Below are positions 54,436 to 64,000 of a stretch of 64,000 bases of DNA, piece after piece. The translations under genes were made by a program, and so were the position numbers. Location: positions 18,166,001 to 18,230,000 of the forward strand of contig CM022667.1 in NCBI GenBank assembly GCA_012295275.1. The letters run 5' to 3'. The stretch comes from Chrysomallon squamiferum (lineage: Eukaryota > Animalia > Mollusca). The notes under the pieces were generated by a model. That model ran no database searches and was not told where the DNA came from. It worked only from the letters and a program-made list of their open reading frames with translations. Each line of letters opens with the position of its first letter. The stretch's first letter is position 1.

Positions 54436-57004
54436 AATCCACTAATCTTTTATTTTTATCACCAGTTTTTCAGAATAGCTTTCAGTTAATTAATTAAACA
54501 AATATTTTTATTAGTCACAGTAGTTTTGACTTGGAATCTTTTGCAAATATTCAAATAACAATAAAAAATATAAAACTATTTAAAAAAGTAGAGAGAGAGA
54601 GTCATTTTAAAAAGTATCAGCAATAACACATTTATTTGGTAGTGCTGCAAACAACTGACAATGATAAGACTAATTTATCTGTTCTTAGTAGAAGCATACG
54701 TGGTACATAAACTTCCAGTATTTAATGTAAGAATGTATAAAAAGTATTTGATAAGCAGCGAATGATGACCAGATGTTTACCTGACAGAGATGTATCAATA
54801 CAAACAACATTTTTCTATTTCTCTGGCCCATCCTGCTTTGCTATTACCCAGATAGTTTTACTCAGAATAAACACCAAGGAACTCTAAATAACATCGTTAT
54901 AGGTGAATGGTATTAAATGTGACTTTCACATTGTTTGTGAGAGATTATTTGTTCCAAAAAATACATCCCATGCAGTTATTCATAATAACTGGGCTCTCTT
55001 GGAACCACTAGTTAGGTACTCATTTCTGTTTTCAGTTTATAATTTTTCTGGCATAAACCCCAGATTCTTAATTTGTTTCTAGTCTATGAGAAAAAGCATA
55101 AAAATATGTTTAATATTATAATGACAAAAGAGAGGAAAGTTCCATCTAATTACAAATTCTTACTGGTTACTAGCAAAGCCTCTTTAACAGAAACCTTTCA
55201 ATAGATAGTACAATCAAGTTATAAGTGGTCTTTTATTAGTCTTATCAAAGTAAATGAATTTTAAAAATAGGTAATTTTATTATGAATATTCGTAAGTATT
55301 TTGAACGTAAATAGGTGAAATATTTAGTTAACAGTCTATGTGCTGCTGTTTTCAATTAGCTAATGAAATCTCTATATATCAGTCTTCCCACAGATGCTAA
55401 AGCCCAAGTCGACGAACTGACAAACGTGTCATAGGCTCGATCTGGAAATGTTCCAATAACATCTTTTTAACAGTAGTTTTAACTAAATAACTGACAGAAT
55501 TAAGTGTGTGTGTGTGTTTCATTAATTATTACTATTGATACCTATGATTTTGTGAATTACAATATATATATATAAAGAATACTTAATAAATGTGTTTTAT
55601 AAACAATATATCGTTTAATTACAGATACGGCTACAGGAGTTATCTCTCTTAGAACATTAAATTTAAAAAAAAAAAAAAAAAATTAATTTCATTTCGCAAA
55701 TAATAAAATAAAGATAAACAAAGCAATATATATCTGAAAAGTTTGGTTCCAAAACACGATAAATCCATTTTCTTTGTTTTGAGAAAAATGACTATTTCTG
55801 CTCTGGAGTTCATAACGTTATGCAACAAAGGTCTATATAGTCTACTGTGTAGAACAGCAGCGAATGTAGAATTTAGAGAAAAATGATTATGGGGCGTTGA
55901 ACACCCGTCAAATGCTGAACTTATTTTAAAATTATGGTTTTGGCATTTATCGAGTTTTGGAGTTAAAGTCTTCATTATATCTATAATGTAAACATTTCAT
56001 TTCTTTAAAATCACTTTGTATCTGATGTTGTGAAAGGTTTTCCCTCTTATCCCTCTTACTTCTCGCTTTTTCCTCTGAGGAAGGGCAGTAATAATGATTG
56101 TAGTGCGTGTGTGAGAGAGACAGAGATGCACAATAACTTCTATTAACAATAAATGAAAACAAAACGAATACAAGTAAAATGTCATTGCATATATTATTAC
56201 AAATTAAGTTTTTAATTTTCTGAGGTGTTTTATTTCTTTCATTGCTTATAATTTGAATGTCATAACTTTTTTTGGAAAGATGTAACATGCCTGAAATTCG
56301 GAATGTCAAATATAATCCAAAAAAAATAAAGTTTTAAAATTTTATTTCCGAGTCAATAAGATGTAGCAGATTCCAGTTAAAACGTTCAATGAAAGGACTA
56401 GAATGTTTCACAAACAATCGTATAAAAAAAGAGTTAGTAGTTTGTTTAATATCTTGCTAATTAAATGTATTCACATGACAGTTTTATTTATTTATTTAAT
56501 TACTTTTAAATAATCAAAAATAGATTAATTTCAAGTTGTTGCACAATATAATATTCTCTAATATTAGTATTATATATTAGTACCTTTTCACTATGATAAG
56601 AAGATAATTTTCCATTTGAAATATGATTTAACGTAGACATTCGAAAAGGCCCGAAACCCATCAGCTCGAACATTTTGATATTACGGCCAGATTCCGAAGT
56701 TCAGAAAGCGTACACTTGTTTCAAAATAACGTGAACAGCACGCCGAGCACTGATTGTACTGTCTGTAACAGTTCAGTAAATGTGAACTATTAAAATTTTA
56801 AAAATTTTACCAAACATATGATCATTTAATCACTAAAATGTGTTTTCTTTATTTATTTTATTTATATATTAATATCTATTACAGCTCTGGTTTGGGTTGG
56901 TGAGTTTCTGCACTCACCACACCGAATAAATGTTCTAAAGGTTCGAAAGCAATATCAATCAAATTGCGAATCTTTTACCAAAATTAAATAAAAACAAAAC
57001 CGCC

Positions 57005-59150
57005 ATTATAAACAGACACATTATAAAAACAGATACTCACAAATATAAACACAGGTACAAGATGACACACAAATATAAACAGATACAAGATGACACACAA
57101 AGGTAAACACGGGTACAAGCTGACAGACAAATATAAACACAGGTAGAAACTGACACACATATATAAACATAGGTACATGCTGACAAACAAATATAAACGG
57201 ATACAAGATGACACACAAAGGTAAACACAGGTACAAGGTGACAGAAAAATATAAACACTGCTACAAGCTGACACACAAATATAAACACAGATACAAGATG
57301 ACAAACAAAGGTAAACACAGGTACAAGCTGACAGACAAATATAAACACAGATAGAAGCTGACAGACAAATATAAGCACAGATACAAGATGACACACAAAT
57401 ATAAACGGATACAAGATGACAAACAAAGGTAAACACAGGTACAAGCTGACAGACAAATATAAACACAGGTAGAAGCTGACAGACAAATATAAGCACAGGT
57501 ACAAGCTGACGAAGAAATATAAACACAGGTACAAGATGACATAGAAATATAAGCACATGGTAAAGCTGACACACAAATATAAACACAGCTATAAGCTGAA
57601 ACACAAATATAAAAATAGATACAAGATGACACACAAATAAAGGCAGATACAAGCTGAAACACAAATATAAACAGATACAAGATGACAGACAAATATAAAC
57701 AGATACAAGATGACACACAAATATAAACAGATACAAGATGACACACAAAGGTAAACATGGGCACAAGCTGACAAATATAAACACAGGCACAAGCTGACAG
57801 ACAAATATAAAACACAGGTACAAGATGACACAAAGGTAAACACAGGTACAAGGTGACAGACAAATATAAACACAGCTACAAGCTGACTCACAAATATAAA
57901 CACAGATGCAAGATGACACAGAAAGGTAAACACAGATACAAGCTGACAGACAAATATAAACACAGGTAGAAGCTGACAGACAAATATAAGCACAGGTACA
58001 AGCTGACAGACAAATATAAACACAGGTATAAGCTGACACACAAATATAAACACAGGTACAAGCTGACAGACAAATATAAACACAGATACAAGATGACACA
58101 CAAATATAAAGAGATCCAAGATTACACACAAAGGTAAACACAGGTACAAGCTGAAAGACAAATATAAACACAGATATAAGCTGTCACACAAATATGAACA
58201 CAGGTATATACCGACAAACAAATATAAACACAGGTACAAGCTGACACTCAAATATAAACCCAGGCACAAGCTGACACACAATTATAAACACAGGTAAAAG
58301 ATGACATACAAATATAATCCCAGTTACAAGCTGACACACTAATATAAACACAGGTATAATCTGATAAACAAATATAAATACAGGTAGAAGATGACACAGA
58401 TGCAAGCTGACACACAAATGTAAACACAGGTAGAAATTGTCACATAAATACAAACATAAGTACAATCTGACACACAAATATAAACACAGCTAGAAAACCA
58501 GATAGAAAAAAAAACACAAATATAAAACACAGTTACAAGCTGACACATAAATATAAACCCAGGTACAAGCTGACACACAAATACAAACACAGATACAAGA
58601 TGACACAAATATTAAGACAGGTACAAGTTGACACACAACAGATACAAGATGAGACACAAATATAAACACAGATACAAGCTGACACACAAATATAAACAGA
58701 TACAAGATGAGACACAAATATAAACACAGATACAAGCTGACACACAAATATAAACAGATACATGATGAGACACAAATATAAACACAGATACAAGCTGACA
58801 CACAAATATAAACAGATACATGATGAGACACAAATATAAACACAGGTACAAGCTGACACACAAATATAAACAGATACATGATGAGACACAAATATAAACA
58901 CAGGTACAAGCTGACACACAAATATAAACACAGGTACAAGCTGACAGACAGATATAAAGAGATACAAGATGACACACAAAGGTAAACACAGGTACAAGCT
59001 GACACACAAATATAAACACAGTTATAAGCTGACACACAAATATAAACATAGATACCACCTGACACACAAATATAAACACAGCTAGAAAACCAGATACACC
59101 CAAAAATGCAATTATAAACACACTGACAAACAAATATAAACACAGATTAC
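57005..59150. repeat. 30-bp (with 28-bp variant) minisatellite, about 2.1 kb (roughly 70 copies)
   Basis: Unit caaatataaacacaggtacaagctgacaca; caaatataa recurs at 57951, 57981, 58011, 58041, 58071 and 58101. It produces the 10-residue VFIFVCQLVP / CVYICLSACT / LYLCVSLYLC pseudo-ORFs. Confidence 0.97.
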
Positions 59151-59494
59151 AAAGTGGCACATTGATGAGGAAAAATACACATTGTCACAAAATGATCAGC
59201 ATACAAACACTGATAATAATATTAAAAAGAAATGTACACGCTGAGACACAAATATAGACAGTGTACACACTGACATACATATACAAATACAGACACTGAC
59301 ACAAAAAGAGATACATATATACACATTCATATACATATATAGAGAAGCACATGAATACAAATACAGTGTAGGGAAAGAAATGGTATAGAGAATGATGAAC
59401 AAATATAAACATAAATTCTGCTGAACAAACTAATATAGACCCAGATCGGCACTTACAAACAATTACAAACTGATATATATATATATATGTATAT

Positions 59495-59581
59495 ATTGCA
59501 ATATTGAATGGTATGACACTGCAACATTTTCACTTTAATAAAATAATGGATTAATATTTCTTTGTTTTTTCTTCAGTTCCA
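59495..59581 (+). repeat. About 90-bp direct repeat, copy 1 (partner 60904-60998)
   Basis: attgcaatattgaatggtatgacactgcaacattttcactttaataaaataatggattaatatttc...gttttttcttcagttcca; about 6 substitutions and one 8-bp indel versus copy 2. Confidence 0.88.
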
Positions 59582-60903
59582 AATATATATATATTATGAG
59601 TATATTTATTATTTATACGTGTGTGTGTGTGTGTGTGTGTGTGTATACAAACACTTCACCATTAGTTGTGCTGTTCCTTATATTGTCTAACATCCTATGG
59701 TATGTGTTTATTTAATGCTGACCTCCACTGTGTAAAACTACATGAATTGCACATTTAATCAACTGAAATGTTTTATGATTCGTAGTGGCTCGAAGCAAAG
59801 TTAGTTATGTGCAGCCTGTATACATTCAACTAATAGAACGCTTAACAAAAATAATATATAGTTACATAAAATTGATAAATAATTTTAGTTGTTTATTTTT
59901 GTGACCGTTTGTGGACAGGTTTGCTTGTTTTGTTTATTTGTTGTCTGTTATCTGTTCAACAGAAACTCTAAACCTTAATAACAAAGAGTTTTTCCACCTG
60001 GAAGTATTTTATGTCAGCTTATCTTATATTATGAGTTATTAAAAACTGTTCCGTACATCATGCCACATTACACACTATAACTCAAGCATATGAATTCTGT
60101 TAATAGTGTTGTAAGTAAAAACAAATAATTAATAATTTTTTTAATTATTATAACAGGTTAAAAATATAATTGCTTACAGTATGGTCTACCGTTACAAAAG
60201 GGACAGAAATTGTTAATAGATAATATAATGTTAATGCTATAGTATATTATAAACGACATACGCATGAATCTAACGTGTTTGCTATCCTTTTAGCTATTGA
60301 CCGAAAACAAAAGACAATGATTTCCTAACGCGTCCAAAAATAACTCTATTTGACGTAGCCTACATATTAAGCAGTTATTTCTATATCCCTTGTTTGTGTC
60401 AACGGAGACCCTTCTTTCTGCTAACAGCAACCCAGATTTGTATTGCATTCATTCGGCAATAAATTAGCCTAGTGCAGCGTAACAGAAGTTTGAGTACTTC
60501 GCGGTCGTACTTTCTAGTCGATCGGTATTCACATTAGTTATTGCTGATAATGAACATTATGTACGGAACTGACCAGCAAAACAAAAGTCAAGAATAAACA
60601 TTGCACAGATGATAAAAAGAAACTTGAAAGGGTATGGAAACGCGAAAACATAAATTTAGTTTACTTATAGCATTTTATACATTTTTAGTAATGAATAGGT
60701 TTATCGAAGCATCTTTTTGCCATCTCAGGAAGTTAGACCCGACTGGTCATGGCGGCCTAATGAAACAGCACTGCGTATGTGCTGAGAAAAAGAAAAAAAG
60801 AAAGATGCACCACAAATTCCCAGAATGATCTCCCTTTGAACAACCTCAGATTCATATATGGATCTTTTTATATGCAAAGTTAATTGCTTGGCATGTTGTA
60901 AAC

Positions 60904-60998
60904 ATTGCGATATTGAATGGTATGACATCGCAAAATTTTCACTTTGATAAAGTAATGGATTAATATTTCTTTCTCTTTTTGTTTTTTCTTCAGTTCCA
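60904..60998 (+). repeat. About 90-bp direct repeat, copy 2
   Basis: attgcgatattgaatggtatgacatcgcaaaattttcactttgataaagtaatggattaatatttc...gttttttcttcagttcca. Confidence 0.88.
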
Positions 60999-61425
60999 TA
61001 TGTCAAATAACCTTGTGTAGTCATGTGTTATTGTAATAACACACTAATCATATATTTCTATTTACTTTAATGTTTTTATTAAGACTTTACGTTTGCTTCT
61101 GTTGTCTATTATAAAAATCAGTTTATATATTATAATTCCTGTATTAATATGTGTATAAATCGATAGTAACAAGAAATTTTTGTACCCAAGTAAAGCTATA
61201 TCAAGAAATCAAGGTACCCCATCAAACATCTTTTCATTACAGAAGAAAAATTATGACGAAGACGAAGAGTGGTAGCTAGTCCACAGTTATAGAAGGTAAA
61301 TAAATTGGCTTGACATGAAAAAATTAAAATGAACATTATTTCTACTGTATATATTAATAAGAAGGGTATGGGAAAGTAGAAAGAAGAAAAAAGAAAAAAG
61401 AATAAAACTAAATAAAACTAATAAA

Positions 61426-61481
<56 letters not shown>
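61426..61481. repeat. (AAT)n microsatellite
   Basis: Perfect AAT run. Confidence 0.95.
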
Positions 61482-61483
<2 letters not shown>

Positions 61484-64000
61484 TTAAAATGGAACAAAGA
61501 GAGAATTTGTTTGTCAACAATGTTGCAGTAATAATTAATAAATAAAATGACAAAACATAACTAAAATGAGATGAAATGTGGACACTATTAAAAAATAAAG
61601 AAATAAAAAGAAATAAAAAATGAATAAAAAATTAAAAGATTGAGAAAACATTTTATTTTTGTAATATAAAATTATGTAATTTAAAACAGTGTACACTGAA
61701 CAAAAAAAGAAGAATTAATTAAATACAAATGTACAGTTACAACAGAAACAGTAATTACATAAATTATATTAATTCTATCACATTCCATGGACTGATGGAC
61801 TGATGTACTGTTACTTCCTTTTTGGGGGTTTATTTACTTATTTATCCTCCAAACACACTACTGACATGCATAGTTTTTGTAGATGAAAACAAAATCAGTT
61901 TGAATGACAGTAACTAATTATATATGGCTTGTTGATAGGTTTAAAGAGATATGTTAAATTATTTTGATCATAATGAAATTATTTAAAGAGATTCTGATTT
62001 ACGTTTGTAACATTATTTACTTTACTGCTGTTAAGGTTCTGATGTCACATGATATCTGAAACTATATTTTATAATCCAACAGTATGGAAACATTAGAAGG
62101 AACTTATTAGAACATTTTTAGAATGTTCTGTCAGTGTAGTAGTAGTACATACATTTTTATTTTGCTTTAAGACTAATTACAATATAAAACTTACTAACTG
62201 TCACCTGCATTGTAATATTGTAAAATGTGAAATTTAATAGAAGTAAATGCAGTATTAACTGTATTAATAACACAATATGTTCTTTCTTACACTTTTTTGT
62301 TTTTCTTAATTAAAAGTAAAATATCATTATATTATAGTATATTTTACAAATAAAATTTCATCATATATTCTGTAAAAATATTTACCTATGTATAACAGTT
62401 AAAGTCTTTTGGTAACCTAGCCCTATATGGTTACCTAGTCATTTGTCAATGACACCTTTAAACTAACTTTCTCAGGTTTTTGAGGACAAAGTATGTTACA
62501 TAATACTTAACAATTGTTGTAAAAACACATTTATCTGAATAATACATCTGTTTGTCAAATTAAATCCATTTTGCAGATTCACAAATTGTTAGACAAAATA
62601 TTTGTTGGAGCAAAAGTTCATAGAATTTAAGTGAAATTTAAAGACAGTATTTAGATATTTATACATAGATTTGTTCATCACATTTTGTTCACCTTTCAGA
62701 ACAAGTGTGTATGTATATGTATATATATATATATACATTGTTAAATAGGTGGTGTCTAATCTTATATATATATGTATGATCAAATGCCACCTTTTCAAAA
62801 ATGTTACAAAGTTTTGTTCAATGCACAAGTTACTGGGAAAAGTTTAATATCAAAAGAAGGTACCCACATTTGCAATTTTAATTTTATTTTCATTTTGGCC
62901 ATTTACATTGATTTTCTAAAGTATCAATTTCACTGTTTTCGAAATATGTCCAGTTTTGTTTTACATCATCAGTATTTAATAGATGGATGCCATTGGTTTG
63001 TTAATAACATTTAAAAGTTTCTAACACTAATATTTTCTGTAGAAAACAATAGGAAAACAAAAGCAAAGTGTCTCCAGCCATGCTATATTTCTTTAATGAA
63101 CTTTGTTATTTTAGATAAAGTTTGTTACATAAGGAATTAAAATGAAATGAATGGCAGTAAATTACAAGATTTCTGCTGTGTATAATGTATACAATAAAAA
63201 AAAGACATGCTTGAGATAAAAACAGCTTTCTCCCATTTGTTTTAACAATGTGCTTTTGAATAGATTCAGCTTGGTCCCTTAGTTTAACTGGAACAGCTCA
63301 TAATTAATAAGTTTTATGGCTGTTTTTAAATTCAAGTCCATACTTCAGACCACAGCATGCATGTTGTCACATTTATTACATTTTGTATAATAAACTCTAT
63401 GTGCTCTATTTAACTGTTATATTCATGTATTATTGGGAGTGTTCTTTTTATACATTTTTATTTATTTATTATTTTGCTATTTAATTTATACGAAGTATAG
63501 TTGTTGTTTTTGTGTGCATTTTATCAATCTGAAGACTAACAATATAAAAATTCCAGACTGATCTGTTTCAAGGTCATAGAATGTATCTAACTGACACACA
63601 GACCATCTTCATCAGATTTCCTATATCAACTTAGTTTAGTAACCTTATCAAAAGAACAGCAAAGATAAATATTTAATAATCAGTCTGGTAAAAATAATAA
63701 TAATAACAATAATAATAATAATAAATACATGTTAATATTAAAGATTATGAGAATGATCAAGAATCACATTATAAGTAATCATCTGAAAAGTTTAACACAC
63801 ACACATTCACAGAAACAAAATACAACACTGATATTAGTAATACACACAAAAAAGTTAGAATCACAAGACTAAAAATTTATTAATAGTGGAAAAGATAAAT
63901 CATTCATTTGCAGAAATAGGTTTTGTCATACTTGAACATATTAAATTTCTTATTTTTTAAATATCAAACATAAGCTGTTTATTGAAAACAGTTAATTTAA

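Noticed and set aside
1588-59150. Regular 23-41-bp repeats as possible CRISPR arrays
   Set aside because: The units are head-to-tail with no unique spacers, there are no cas genes, and the context is a spliced eukaryotic gene.
56984-59160. Long Cys/Val/Tyr-rich ORFs up to 395 aa on the minus strand
   Set aside because: They are open in all three frames with a 10-residue period. This is a translation artefact of the 30-bp minisatellite, whose minus strand has few stop codons, and I found no splice or domain evidence.
49305-61553. Poly-Leu ORFs (49305..49682, 53096..53287, 61287..61553) resembling signal peptides
   Set aside because: The hydrophobic runs are translations of (AAT)n microsatellites.
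61692-61712. TACACTGAACAAAAAAAGA, resembling a Tc1 terminal repeat
   Set aside because: No partner TIR or transposase remnant nearby; too short and A-rich.

Overview
AT-rich, intron-dominated eukaryotic DNA, most likely from an invertebrate animal (possibly a mollusc; the taxon is an impression only). The only convincing host gene is the 5' part of an ADAMTS-type (M12B/reprolysin) metalloprotease on the minus strand. It has a 338-nt prodomain exon (5849-5512), a phase-compatible 64-nt upstream exon (22826-22763) and an uncertain signal-peptide exon near 50.1 kb. I found no further exons in 1-5511, so the rest of the gene probably lies left of the window. Its introns hold a full-length but dead Tc1 (DD34E) transposon with both TIRs and TA target sites (10225-11666) and a probable hAT-type MITE with a 7/8-matching 8-bp TSD (16402-16572). 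About a dozen minisatellite arrays and many microsatellites occur across the window. Nearly all other ORFs in the track are repeat or low-complexity artefacts. CpG is depleted over most of 1-49.9 kb and retained in patches near 26.2-26.9, 50, 55.3-57 and 59.7-61.3 kb, consistent with gene-body methylation and unmethylated regulatory DNA. The most unusual feature is a 106-bp inverted repeat pair with one mismatch (4427-4532 and 51118-51223) that brackets about 46.6 kb containing all the visible ADAMTS exons. I found no rRNA, intact tRNA or CRISPR array. All counts and alignments were done by eye.
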